From Eledone cirrhosa (Eukaryota), in NCBI GenBank assembly GCA_964016885.1, contig OZ024742.1:169136001-169200000 (forward strand): DNA of 64,000 nt. Direction: 5' to 3'. The notes beneath the pieces were generated by a model. That model was not told where the DNA came from and did no database searches. It saw only the letters and a list, made by a program, of their open reading frames with translations. A program made the translations under genes and the position numbers. The first letter of the stretch is position 1; each line of letters starts with the position of its first letter. This document shows positions 26,620 through 39,340 of the stretch, one piece after another.

Positions 26620-27930
26620 ATGCCAACAAAAATGGATACAACCCTCATCAACTCAAATGAAGAGATCCTACAGGAACTCAAGAAAATCAACACCAACCTA
26701 TCTTTGCTGGTCGACAAACTTGACTCCACAAATAAGGAAACCACCACCGGATACAAACCCTCCGAAATCGGCGACAAACTCCAAAACCTTTGCGATACTA
26801 TCCTAACTATGTTCACTACTACCAACCCAGGAAAAACCAACGAAGAACCATGTGAGATTGATTCACACAAAATGAAAATTCGAACAATTCCAAAATGGAA
26901 CAAATCCCTCAGAGACAGAAAGTTCTCATTCTGGAAGATGATACAAAATCACAACAAAGCAGAGATATATGAAAAATGGCTTAACTCAACCCCTCTAACT
27001 CTCCCCCGTAAACTACAAATAAAGTCCATTCCAAATGAACCCGAACCTCAAAGACACCTTAGGGAAAGGATGGCATTGGAAAAAATGAAGACAGAAATTG
27101 AACTTCTTAAACTGAGGGCCCAAACAAATGAGGAAAAAATCAAAACCATCGATGAAGAGATCCTCCTGGAAATCAACAACAAAACTGAAGGCCTCAAGGT
27201 AGAGAAGATCTCCAAATTATGGAAAGGGGACTGCAACAGAGAAGAACTGAAATCCCTTCAACGCTGGGAAAAAAGTGCCGCTTGGTTCCTACACTATGAA
27301 TCGACTTTTCAAACGGATTACACCTCCAATAACCCGTTCATAAAAATAGGAAAACCCATAACTGAACCGCACAACAACTTCTCAAACCCCCAAGCCTCTA
27401 ACAAACAAAGAAGGAAGCACCACACCGAAGATGAACTTCCCAACCTCGCTACCATAAGAAGGAACAAAAACCCAAGAAATCATCTCCCCCAGAATGACAT
27501 TTACAACTTTCCCCCTTCAAGGAGACACCATACCAAATCACTCAACTACTACGCGGATGCCTCATCGTCAAACATAGGGAAAAGATACCACCGCCATGAT
27601 AGATGTAACAACTTCCCCGCTTCAAGGGGACAGCAAGGTAATTACCATTTTCTCAACTCTCGCTTCCACAATACACAACAAACCCACACCACACGATACA
27701 ACCAACAATGTAGGCCACTTATAACACCACAATACAACATGGCACATAGAAACACACACCCATACTCGCAGTACAGGAACACCCCATTCAATCTACAACC
27801 ACCAACCCGAACCACATTTTACAACAACAAGGAATATAACAAACACAGGAGACCACTTAACATCAGCAGACAACCCCTCTACCCCAACCATTTTTTAGAC
27901 ACAGCACGCAGATACAGGCAAACAAAATAA
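26620..27930 (+). CDS. PLE ORF1: coiled-coil-like N-terminal part and basic N/R/H/Q-rich tail
   Basis: Uninterrupted frame from ATG 26620 with heptad-like segments (LQELKKINTNLSLLVDKL; MALEKMKTEIELLKLRA). It lies between the pLTRs. Confidence 0.8.
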   Translation: MPTKMDTTLINSNEEILQELKKINTNLSLLVDKLDSTNKETTTGYKPSEIGDKLQNLCDTILTMFTTTNPGKTNEEPCEIDSHKMKIRTIPKWNKSLRDRKFSFWKMIQNHNKAEIYEKWLNSTPLTLPRKLQIKSIPNEPEPQRHLRERMALEKMKTEIELLKLRAQTNEEKIKTIDEEILLEINNKTEGLKVEKISKLWKGDCNREELKSLQRWEKSAAWFLHYESTFQTDYTSNNPFIKIGKPITEPHNNFSNPQASNKQRRKHHTEDELPNLATIRRNKNPRNHLPQNDIYNFPPSRRHHTKSLNYYADASSSNIGKRYHRHDRCNNFPASRGQQGNYHFLNSRFHNTQQTHTTRYNQQCRPLITPQYNMAHRNTHPYSQYRNTPFNLQPPTRTTFYNNKEYNKHRRPLNISRQPLYPNHFLDTARRYRQTK

Positions 27931-30215
27931 CACAAGACAGGGAGGAGAAACCGATAGTAATAAAAATTATCAATCTTACTAGTGCAGAACCAACACCCAA
28001 CCTTATCAACTTACTCTCCAAAGGTCTTAAATTCACACCGACCCCACTACGTCCTAACTACTATGAAATGAAGGAAGACATCACAGACTTCTGTAGAAAG
28101 TTACGACTTAGTGAACAACTATTCGACCAGTACAATGAGGATGAATCATTAGCCAGAAATAGAAGCAATTACACCCCTTCAAAAGGTAGAAATAAAATCC
28201 TGGACGAATTCTGTGAACACATCACAAACTTCCCTTACCAACACTTGCACAGACAAAAACACAAGCCAAACCTCAACAAGAAAGAATGGGAAGAATTAAA
28301 TAGATTAAAAACCGACAGAACCATTACAATTAAAGAGGCTGATAAAGGGAGTACAGTAGTCCTAATGGAGACAGAATTCTATATCAACTTAGCGCTCTCC
28401 ACTTTGGAAAACGAAACATACTACGAAAAGGCTGAACACTACAATCAACAGAAAATTATGAGAAACCTAAAAACTCTAATCAACCAATACAAAGAAGGAC
28501 TCACTAACAAGGAATTCAGCTTCATCACAGACTTCACAAGTAAATCCAGCCTTTTCTACGGTATCCCTAAAGTACATAAAAGCGAATCAATAAGTAAGGC
28601 ATGCAAGGAAGCCACAGACATAGTCATCAATGTCCCCTCACCCAATGATCTCAAATTAAGACCTATAATAGCAGGCCCCGCTTGCGAAACGCACCGTCTT
28701 AGCAACTTCATTGATACCCTTCTCAAACCCTTCCTCAAGTACATCAAAAGCTATATAAGGGACAACCTAGATATGCTCAATCACCTCCCTAATATGCCAC
28801 TTCCTGAACAAACCCTACTAGTGACGTTCGATGTAGTCAACCTATACTCCAACATCCCCCACAACCTAGGAATAGAAGCTATCCAATTCTGGCTGGATAA
28901 TTTCCACAATGAACTCCCACAACGCATCAAAAAAGAATTCGTGATAGAGGGACTCAAATTTATCTTGGAGAACAATTACTTCGTTTTCAATAACAAACCC
29001 TACAGGCAGAAATCTGGGACCGCTATGGGAACGAAAACAGCCCCCACTTATGCCAACCTAGTCATGGGATACCTGGAAATCACCCTCTACACTAAAGTCC
29101 TAAACAAATTTGGAAACACCCTCCACTTACACATTGAAAGGAACTGGAAGCGATATCTAGATGACTGCTTCATCCTTTGGCACGAAAACATCGAAAAACT
29201 TAAAGAATTTCACACCCTTATAAATGGGCTCAACACAAATATTAACTTCACGATGGAATATAGCCATCAACAACTCCCCTTCCTCGACATCCTCATTAAG
29301 ATCCATAACAAAAAAATAGAAACAGACATATACTACAAGCCCACAGACTCCAAGCAATATCTCCCCTTCAACTCTTGCCACCCTAGACACGTTAAAATTA
29401 ATATTCCCTACAACTTAGCCAAGAGAATCTGTACTATAGTCTCCAATAAAAACATCTGCTACTTACGGCTACAAGAACTAAAGGACACACTCATAGGCAG
29501 GGACTACCCTGCATCACTAATTGACAATGGAATCCAACGTGCCCTAAAACTCAGTACCCAGGACCTTAGACACCCTAAAGTAAATCAACCAAAACTAAAA
29601 GCTCTTCCATACATCTCCACACACAACCCCCTCAACAATGAGGCCTTTGACACCATCCTCCAGAACATCCCTGTATTGAAAAAGGACCATAGAATGAACC
29701 AAATTCTACGAACACACGATATCATAAAGAGAAAAAGACAATCCAAGTCAATGAAAAACATCTTAACACATGCCAAAGTACTGCCAACCACAACAACGAA
29801 ACCCACAGTAAAAAAATGCGATAGACCCAACTGTGGCATTTGCATCAACATAATAGAGGGTTCGGAATTCTATTTCAAAGATGGACAACGTTTTATAGTA
29901 AAACACAATTTCACATGTGCATCGGAAAATCTAATATATGTATTAACTTGTTCAGGTTGTCAAGAACAATACATAGGCCAGACCAAAACCAGCCTCCGCC
30001 AACGCATGACTGTCCATAGATCCCAAATTAAAATACGGGAATACAGGAAAATACCACTGAGTGAACACATTGATACCTGTGCCGCCCAAAATCATCCCAA
30101 CTTCAGAATCTTTCCCCTCTACAAATTTAAAGATAATGCCACCCACACCCAGCGCATCAGCAAGGAATCTTACTTCATTAACAAATACGGACCCCGTCTA
30201 AACACTTCTCCCTAA
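27861..30215 (+). CDS. PLE ORF2: reverse transcriptase + Zn-linker + GIY-YIG endonuclease (frame open from 27861; first ATG 28068)
   Basis: IINLT..LLSKGLKFTPTP, IKEADKG, FYGIPKVHK, LRPII, FDVVNLYSNIP, GTAMGT..AP.YAN, RYLDD, FLD, CDRPNCGIC, NLIYVLTC..C..QYIGQT...RQR..VH. Confidence 0.95.
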   Translation, partial: HQQTTPLPQPFFRHSTQIQANKITQDREEKPIVIKIINLTSAEPTPNLINLLSKGLKFTPTPLRPNYYEMKEDITDFCRKLRLSEQLFDQYNEDESLARNRSNYTPSKGRNKILDEFCEHITNFPYQHLHRQKHKPNLNKKEWEELNRLKTDRTITIKEADKGSTVVLMETEFYINLALSTLENETYYEKAEHYNQQKIMRNLKTLINQYKEGLTNKEFSFITDFTSKSSLFYGIPKVHKSESISKACKEATDIVINVPSPNDLKLRPIIAGPACETHRLSNFIDTLLKPFLKYIKSYIRDNLDMLNHLPNMPLPEQTLLVTFDVVNLYSNIPHNLGIEAIQFWLDNFHNELPQRIKKEFVIEGLKFILENNYFVFNNKPYRQKSGTAMGTKTAPTYANLVMGYLEITLYTKVLNKFGNTLHLHIERNWKRYLDDCFILWHENIEKLKEFHTLINGLNTNINFTMEYSHQQLPFLDILIKIHNKKIETDIYYKPTDSKQYLPFNSCHPRHVKINIPYNLAKRICTIVSNKNICYLRLQELKDTLIGRDYPASLIDNGIQRALKLSTQDLRHPKVNQPKLKALPYISTHNPLNNEAFDTILQNIPVLKKDHRMNQILRTHDIIKRKRQSKSMKNILTHAKVLPTTTTKPTVKKCDRPNCGICINIIEGSEFYFKDGQRFIVKHNFTCASENLIYVLTCSGCQEQYIGQTKTSLRQRMTVHRSQIKIREYRKIPLSEHIDTCAAQNHPNFRIFPLYKFKDNATHTQRISKESYFINKYGPRLNTSP

Positions 30216-30545
30216 GACGAACCCACAACATACACACGTCAACATACATACCTACATCAGCACACATCTCTACCCACATATAAACACAATGACATACGTA
30301 AACACACATGCTCTATGGTGCAACACAAAAAAAATATGTGCATATATATGTGTATATATATGTATATATGTATATATATATATATATATGTATATAGTGA
30401 ATATATGTATGTGTGTATATATATATAGTGAATATCATTTCACACCTTTTATTGTTAAGATTTTTGATGTTCTATTAAGAGAACCGATTTTACTGAAAAA
30501 ATCGAATAATGTACACCATTTTACCAGGGGGAAAAAAATACTGGT

Positions 30546-30586
<41 letters not shown>

Positions 30587-30731
30587 CACACACACATACA
30601 CACGCGTACATCAACATACAAAGAGACTTATATACACACACACACACACACTTCTCCGTATAAGACAAAAGCTGAAAAATATCTTTTGACACATTCTTAC
30701 TGACCATCCCTGCCACAACAAATTACTCTGC

Positions 30732-30772
<41 letters not shown>

Positions 30773-30844
30773 ATCTCAATAGCCATTTGACACACATCGC
30801 TGCTAACCATTATCACAACATCGAACACCTTACTACTACTACTA

Positions 30845-30878
<34 letters not shown>

Positions 30879-31352
30879 TTGTTGTGAAAGAGTCATTTCT
30901 CAATCTTGGCGCAAAACCAATTTTTTATTCACATTACCTCTACCGACCAATCAAAATTGTTTTGACCACAAGAATTGTTGCTGGAGCCACTTTTTTAACA
31001 TAAAAACAGTCTTGGCGCAAAATCAATTTTTTACACTCACATGACCTCTACCGACCAATCAAAATTGTTTTGACCACAAGAAATTTTGCAACACCAAAGT
31101 AACGCTGGAGCCACTTTTTTAACATAAAAACAGGTAGAATTCTCAAAACTAATCAGATCAGAGCAAACAGCACGGACACTCTATCTCAAAATTATTTTTG
31201 AAAAGCATTTAGAAATGCGCAACCGGTAAAAACTTAAAAACTTAAAACCACAACTGAATACTAACCCATACAATCACTAATACTCTTTTATTCCTAATTA
31301 AACCATTTTTCAACTGTGAACAATTTGTCAGCATTTTCTATTCCGTTTACCA

Positions 31353-31389
<37 letters not shown>

Positions 31390-31949
31390 CATATATAATA
31401 AATCTTTCAAGGATTTACACAAATCCAGCCTCCTGTCATTTCATTATAATATTTAACTCCGTAATAGCACCACCAACTACAAAAACAAAGACGGTTGAAC
31501 TGCTTTACGTTGAGTACTCTCTATATTATTACATTGCGATTGACCATACGGAATTGACCAGCTCTATCCAGTGGTGAACCTCAAACCTGAATATATACAT
31601 ATATATATATATACATATATATATCATCATCATCATCACCGTTTTACGTCCGTTCTTCCACGCTAGCATGGGTTAGACGGGTTGTCCTGTTGTGGGCGGT
31701 GTCTGGTAACTATTGCATAGACTAACTACTTCTAACTATCCTCCTGCATCATCTTTGTAAACTGCCAATGTTGTATTATAACTTTAATTTTGTTGTAATT
31801 TTCTTTTAATATGACTAATCTTTGAATGTAAATTGCCATGCTTAAATATTATAATGGATGTCAACCCACTGTGCATCAATATATACATATGTTTCTGTAT
31901 GTCTCTTGTGTTGGAAAGGAGGTCATGTATGTAAACAATCATTGAAAAA

Positions 31950-31998
31950 TTGCTCCGAAGACTCCAAACCCCGGTTTGGAAGAAACAATTGTAAGCGA
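31950..31998 (+). ncRNA. Type I hammerhead motif with CCGAAGA (U4C) core in a pLTR-like remnant (about 31706-32200)
   Basis: TTGCT-CCGAAGA-CTCCAAACC cc GGTTTGGAA-GAAA-C(AATT)GTA^AGCGA, immediately followed by AATAAA. Confidence 0.7.
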
Positions 31999-32305
31999 AT
32001 AAATGATTTGAACAGAACTTTGATTCATGTAATTTCTATATAACTGCTCTGTAGAACAACTGATGTTATTACATTGAGCTATTTATCTTACTGGTAATAT
32101 GGTAGTAATAAATTAGTCTTTCACTGTTTAGGGTTTAAAATATATATAACTATAAAAGGTTTTAGTATATACATAACTATAAATAGTATCCTTAATACTA
32201 TATATATGTATATATATATATGTATATATTATGTATATATTATGTATATATTATGTATATATATGTATATATTATGTATATATATATATATAAATATGTA
32301 TATAT

Positions 32306-34601
32306 ATCATCATCATCATCATCATCACAGTTTTACGTCCGTTCTTCCACGCTAGCATGGGTTAGACGGGTTGTCCTGTTGTGGGCAGTGTGTGGTCGGC
32401 TGACCATGCCTTGCTCATACGGGAAATGATTCTGGCTTGATTTCTACAGCTGGATGCCCTTCCTAACACCAACCTCATTTACAGTGTGGGCTGGGTGCTT
32501 TTTTGCCGTGGCACCTCCACGACCACCTTGCAGTGGTACCCATGGGAGGTCGGGTACTCTGTATTACTGCATGACGCCAGAGGTCACGGTCGTGTGTCAT
32601 CGCCTTGGAGAGTTGTAATTGGGTAAGGTCGGCTTTTATCACCTCATCCCAGGTCATCTTGGGTCTCCCCACTTCGCGGTTTCCATCGACTTCTAGTGCT
32701 CTGCACCTTTTTATGCAGCTGTCATCCTTCATACGCATCACATGTCCATACCAACGCAACCGCCTCTCCTGCACACAGCATTTGATTCCTCTTATGCTCA
32801 GTCTCCCTCTCAATTCATTTATGCTTTGTCGTTCGCGTATATTACTATTACACATCCATCGGAGCATGCAGGCATCGTTTCTCTCTAATCTACGTAAGTC
32901 TTCCACCTTCAGCGCCCAGGTCTCACTACCATGCAACATCACAGTTCGGATACACACATCATACAGTCTGCCTTTCATTTTGAGGGAGAAGCCTTTTGCA
33001 GCTAGCAGTGGTAGTAGTTCCCTAAACTTCTTCCATCCCGTTCTTACCCTAGTTATTGTCCTTTCTGAACACCCATCTCCGCTGCTAATTCGGTCACCTA
33101 GGAAGCAGAAGCTGTCTACTGTTTCTACAGAGCCCTCCCAAAGATTGGTGGTACTTGTTTCCTGTGGCTGTTTGCTGCTTGCTGTCCCAGCACAGCTGCT
33201 GCATGTGAAGCCTACATTCTTAATTAAGCTTCCTGAGATCCCGCTACATCTCTTGTGTACCCATTGTTAGCATTTGGGGCAGAGAATGGAGTTCCTACCT
33301 ACACCTTTCCTACATACTGAGCAAGGCCATTTCCCTGAGGGGATCTGGGTTCTGTTTTCTCGTCTACTTACAAGGACCTTAGTCTTTGTCATGTTGACTT
33401 TGAGACTCTTTCTTTCTAGTCCCTGCTTGCAAGTTTGGAATTTCTTCTCTAGTTCTACCATAGATTCAGCTATAAGTGCGAGGTCATCAGCATACAGGAG
33501 TTCCCATGGGCATCCGGTCTTAAACTCCTCCGTTATTGCCTGCAGGACTATGATGAACAGGAGGGGGCTAAGAACAGAGCCCTGGTGGACACCAACCTGT
33601 ACGCTAAATTCCTCGCTATACTCATTGCTAATCCTAACTTTACTGACTGCTCCTCTATACATGGCTTGTACCGCTTTCACAAGCCATTCATCTACTCCTA
33701 GTTTTCTAGTTTTCTAAGAGCCCACCAGATTACAGCACGTGGAACTCTGTCAAAGGCTTTCTCAAGATCGACAAATGCCAGGTAGAGTGGCTTACTTTTA
33801 GCTAGGTACTTTTCCTGTAACTGCCTGACAAGGAAGAGGGCATCAGTGGTGCCTCTTCCTGGTACAAACCCAAATTGCATCTCGTCTAGTTTCACCTGTG
33901 CTATAACTCTTTCTGTTACTTTCATGACCTGGTCCATCAGCTTTATACCTCTATAGTTTCCTCTATCTAGTGCATCACCTTTACCTTTGTAGCAGTTGAC
34001 AATGATGCTACTGCACCAATCTTTTGGTATGACACCTTCTAGTATTACCTGGTTAACAATACGTGTGGTTATAGTGTGACCTACAGACCCAGATGCCTTC
34101 AGCATCTCGGCAGCTATACCCGATGGGCCGGTTGCCTTCCCCATCTTCATATCTTTGATTGCCTTACTTACTATGCTGCTGCTGACTTGTACTGCTGGCC
34201 CCTCTATAGGGTCCACTTGGGGTAGGGTCTCTTCTTCCCATGCATTCTCCTCATTTAGTAACCTATCATAATGACTCTTCCATGCATCTTTCTTCTCAGC
34301 ACTTGTGAGGGCAAGCTCACCTTTATCATTCCGGATACACTTCTCTCCAATGACATCACAATTCTCTCTGAGACACTGCCTCGCAATGTTGAACACCTCC
34401 TGTTTCTGGTCCTCTCGTTGCAAAACATGCTTGAATTTTCTATCCTCTGCTTCCCTCCTAGCTAAGTATACTTGTCGCCTAGCTTCCCTCTTGGTCTCTA
34501 TGTAATGTACCCTGCTCCCCCCATTCTTCCATTCTTTCCATGCCTGTCTCTTGGCCTTAACTGCCTCATCTACCTTATTGTTCCACCACCAAGTGACTCT
34601 G
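32306..34601 (-). mobile_element. RTE family A copy, 5'-truncated, few lesions
   Basis: ORFs 33698-34636, 33267-33680 and 32475-32978 are consecutive RTE RT/PHD/C-terminal segments similar to 6725-9470. It has a (CAT)n tail. Confidence 0.95.
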
Positions 34602-34720
34602 AGGTAGGCAGTGAGGGTCGCCGTCAACGCTAACAAACTAACCGATAGAATAACTTCAAGGTGATTGAGGAGGAATGGGTGAAGAGGGAACGGGGGGTAA
34701 TAGGTGGCTTAGAGATAGAT

Positions 34721-34752
<32 letters not shown>

Positions 34753-35159
34753 GGTAGCCATCACAGAGAGACATATAGAGAGAGGGTAGCCATCATAGAG
34801 AGAGGGTCGCCATCAAGGCTAACAAACTAACCGATAGAATACAGCATGGCAAAGTAGCCGATAGAATACAGCAACAATAATAGCAGGTCATGGCCTGTAG
34901 CCTTTGATGGAAAAATAGACAGAGTCAGCATGGTAGGGGAAAATGAGGATAACAAAATAAATGTGTTGTGGTAGCTGAAATACCTGACAAGATTTGTATG
35001 GATGGATGGCTGGAACGTGGCTAAATCAACTCTAGTGATTCATTTTAGCCTTTCAGGGTAGAGTGTGTCTTCAAGATAACATATATATATGTATGTATAT
35101 ATGTATATATATATACACACACACACATATATATATATATGTATGTATATATATGTGTA

Positions 35160-35434
35160 CATATTAATGAAAGGAATTCCAACTTTGTCTGATTTACTCG
35201 TTTTATTTACAATCCTTTACAATTATAATGATATTATAATGAAATAGTATGGTTGAATACTAAATTTTAAGTGTTAATTGAACAAGTACTTTCATGCTTT
35301 CGCAATTTTCAGGTTCATATTCAGTGGTGACAGTCAAGTCTACCATACTATTTCATTATAATATCATTATAATTTTAAAGGATTGTAAATAAAACAAGTA
35401 AATCCGACAAAATTGGAATTCCTTTCATTAATGT
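35160..35434. repeat. Small fold-back (~90-bp arms) enclosing a degenerate hammerhead at 35280-35316 (minus)
   Basis: Arms about 35163-35252 and 35342-35432. The spacer's minus strand reads GAAC-CTGAAAA-TTGC gaaa GCAT-GAAA-GTAC-TT^GTTC. Confidence 0.75.
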
Positions 35435-35487
35435 AATCTTCTATACACAATCATACACACCCATGTATATTTATTTATATATATATA

Positions 35488-38400
35488 TCATCATCATCAT
35501 CATCAACGTTTAACGTCCGTGTTCCACGCTTGCATGGGTTTGGACGGGGGTTTTCCCACTTGAGGCAAGAGTGATTGTCTTGCTCGCATAGGACTGTCTG
35601 GCAGGTTTTCTACAGTTGGTTGCCCTTCCTAACACCAACCACATTTACAGTGTGGGTCTGGGAGGTTTTTACCGTGTTGCCTACACGGCCACATTACAGC
35701 GTGGACTGTGTGTTTTTTTGTCGTGACACCTACACAATCTCATTTGTTTCGGCCTGGATGGTGTGGCACCAACATAACTTTACATAGAAGGGGCGGTGTG
35801 GATGGGGTGGGGGTGGTGGGACGGGGGTGTATTTTGTTAGAGATGCCTACTGACTGTAGTAGGTTTTACTTTGTATTTAGGTAAGGCGGGTCTTCTCTAT
35901 TACTGAGTACCGCCAAAGGTCTCGGTCCAGTGACATTGTCTTGGTGAGGTGTAAGTGTGTGAGGTCAGAGTTTATCAGCTCGTCCCAGGTTTTTCTGGGT
36001 CTGCCTATTCCGTGGCTACCGTCTATCTTTATTGCCCTGCACTTTGTTATACAGCTATCGTCCTTCATGCGCATCACGTGACCATACCAACGTAGCCTTC
36101 TCTCTAGTAAACAACATCTGATCCCTCTTATTTCTAATTTTTTCCTTAGTTCGTTTATGCTTTGTCGTTCACGTATATTACTATTACACATCCAGCGGAG
36201 CATGCAAGCTTCGTTTCTCTCTAGTCTGCGTATATCCTCTGCACACAATGCCCAGGTCTCACTGCCATGCAACATTGCTGTTCGTATGCAGGCATCGTAC
36301 AGCCTGCCTTTCATTTTTAGGGAGAACCCTTTAGCGGCTAATAGTGGTATAAGCTCTCTGAACTTTTTCCACCCAGTTCTGACTCTAGCTACTGTACTTT
36401 CAGAGCACCCTCCCCCACTGCTGATTTTGTCACCCAGGTAACGGAAGCTGTCCACTATTTCTATAGAACCCTCTGCGCAGTTGAAAGAGCTAGTATTTTG
36501 TGGGCACTTGCTGCTACTTATTGCCCCAGAACACCGGCCACATGTAAAATCTATGTTCTTAGTTAGCTTACCTGTGATCCCACTACATCTTTTATGCACC
36601 CAAACTTTGCATTTGGGACACAAAATGGAATTTCTACCTACGCCTTTCCTACACTCTGCGCATGGCCACTTCCCGGAGGGGACCGCCGCCTTATTTTCTT
36701 TCTTACAAACTAGAACTTTAGTCTTAGCCAGGTTAATTTTAAGGCCTTTTGATTCTAGGCCGTGCTTCCATGTTTGGAATTTCTTCTCTAGCTCGGCCAT
36801 TGATTCAGCTATGAGCGTTAGATCATCTGCGTATAGGAGTTCCCATGGGCAGCCGGTCTTGAACTCCACTGTTATAGCCTGGAGGGCAATAATAAATAGT
36901 AGGGGGCTAAGAACAGAGCCCTGATGAACACCAACTTTTACACTAAACTCTTCACTATATTCGTTGTTAATTCTAACCTTGCTGACTGTTTCTTTATACA
37001 TGGCTTGTATAGCTCTCACAAGCCATTCATCAACACCTAGTTTTCTAAGAGCCCACCAGATAATGGAACGGGGGACTCTGTCGAAGGCCTTCTCCAAGTC
37101 GACGAAAGCTAAGTATAGGGGTTTACTTTTAGCTAGGTACTTCTCCTGTAGTTGTCGTACAATGAAAAGAGCGTCTGTGGTACTTTTTCCTGACACAAAC
37201 CCGAACTGCATTTCATCTAGATCAATTCGCTCTCTGATTAGTTGCGCTATTACTTTTTCCGTGACCTTCATGACCTGGTTGATTAATTTAATGCCTCTAT
37301 AGTTACTCCTATCTAGGGCATCTCCTTTACCCTTATAACAGTTAACGATAATGCTGCTACGCCAGTCCTTCGGAACAACCCCATTCTGTATGACTTGGTT
37401 GACTATCCGGGTGACCATGGTGTGTCCCACCGTACCTGATGCCTTCAGCATCTCGGCAACTATTTCCGAAGGCCCAGCCGCCTTGCCTGTCTTCATATCT
37501 TTGATTGCCTTACTTATTATACTACCCTCGACTAACACTGCTGGTCCCTCTAGTGGGTCTATGTGGGGGAGACTGTCTTTCTCCCATTTATTCTCCTCAT
37601 TTAGTAGCCTTTCATAGTGACACTTCCAAGCTACCTTCTTATCGGCGTTGGTGATGGCAAGTACGCCGTCATCGTTAAGTACACACTTCTCCCCGACAAT
37701 ATCACTGTTTTCCTTGACACATTGCCTAGCAATCCTGAACACCTCACGTTTTTGGTCCTCATGTTGTAGAACATGCTTGAACTTTCTTTCCTCTGCTTCC
37801 CTTCTTGCGAAGTACACTTGTCTCCTAGCTTCCCTCCTGGCCACTTGATAGTCTTCTCTGCTTCCCCCATCCCGCCATACTTTCCAAGCCTGCTTTTTGG
37901 CCTTAATTGACCCCTCCACCTTACTGTTCCACCACCATGTTACTCTCCTCCTGCCTACAGGCCTGCTCCAGCCACAGACTTCGTCTGCCGCCGTCAGCAG
38001 GTTTGCCTTCAGGAATTCCCACTGTCCCTCTATATTGTCCGACTCTAAATGCTCTTCCTTACTGTCGAAAGCATCAAGTAATATGCTTTGAAATTTATTT
38101 CTGGCTGTGGGGTCCTTTAGCTTCCATATTTTTCTCCTGAGGATAGTCCTCTTCTGCTGCGAGTACGTCTCGTCCTGACTATGAGGTCGCTAATTATCAG
38201 TCTATGTTGGGAGGTGCATTCTTCATAGGGGAGGGATTTAGTGTTTACAACAGACACTCTGTCACGTCTTCTGGTAAGGATATAATCTACCTGGCTTGTG
38301 TGTTCCCCGGATCTATAGGTGATCAGGTGATTGTCACGTTTTTTGAAGTTAGTGTTACAGATAGTTAGGTTATTTGCGTCACAGAATTCCAGGATTCTGG

Positions 38401-39340
38401 AGCCTTCCTCATTTCTAGTACCAAACCCATAGCCTCCATGGATTTCGTCGTAGCCGTCACAATGTTGTCCAACGTGACAATTTAGGTCGCCTGCAATAAT
38501 TATATAGTCACTGTCGGTTATTTGGGAGGTAGTGAGCATCAGTGTCTCATAGAATCTGTCTTTTATAGTGCCGGGCAGTCCGGATTGGGGTGCGTACGCA
38601 GATATTACTGTCACCGTAGTTCTATTGAGGACAAGTCGTATTTTAATTATTCTGTCGTTCACTCTATTTACGTCTATTATCTTATCTGCCCACTTTTCTG
38701 CTACCATGATTCCTACTCCACCCAGCCCATTGTCGTTTCCCACCCAGAAAAGCTTATAGCATCGTTTTCTACCCACAATGTATCTAGCAGATCCACCCCT
38801 CCACCTGGACTCTTGAATACAACAAACATCGACCTCTTTACGTTCAAGCATTTCTACAACCTCGTTAGAGCGACCCTTTAAGGTGCCTACATTCAAGGTA
38901 CCAAATCTGAAGTTTTGGATTGCGTTTGGGGGGTTGGAAAAGTGGGGAGCGGGGGGAGATGGGGTTATGTTAGCCATCCGCGGCCGAAACAAAGAGGCAT
39001 GCTTGCATTCTCGTCCACGAGGTGTGATTGTCTTTAACTTTGGCATTGTCGCTGAGCGTCCAGATTTTTCTCTCTTCAACTCTCCGGAACTCCGTAGTCC
39101 TTCCATCCTACATATCGAAGGCGACCAGGTAAGCGATAGTATAGGCCTCTGGCTTATGATTGGTCCACGTAATAATAATGGTGGTGTGTGGGGGCGGGCG
39201 GGAGGGGTGATGAGTTGTTAGCGAGAAGGATAGGTTTAAGTGAGAACCCCGTATTAACGAACAAAAATACAAGATTTGTTTAGTAAAATACGCCAAAAAC
39301 TTCCGTATTTTTACAAGCATGACAGAAATACAAGAGATTT
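35488..39340 (-). mobile_element. Near full-length RTE family B LINE (APE + RT + PHD), one apparent frameshift near 38160
   Basis: ORF 38117-39106 (GTLNVGTL, CCIQESRW, SAYAPQ, AGDLN, QVDYIL) and ORF 35877-37919 (RT, YADD). The alternative frame at about 38150 reads RRKIWKLKDP, as in family A. Confidence 0.95.

Larger units (their letters stand above)
25392..31359 (+). mobile_element. Apparently intact Penelope-like element (Neptune-type) with ~1.17-kb direct pseudo-LTRs, inserted in (TA)n
   Basis: Direct repeats 25392-26558 and 30179-31359 each begin with the last codons of the ORF (partial-tandem pLTR structure). The element encodes RT + Cys linker + GIY-YIG. Confidence 0.95.
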
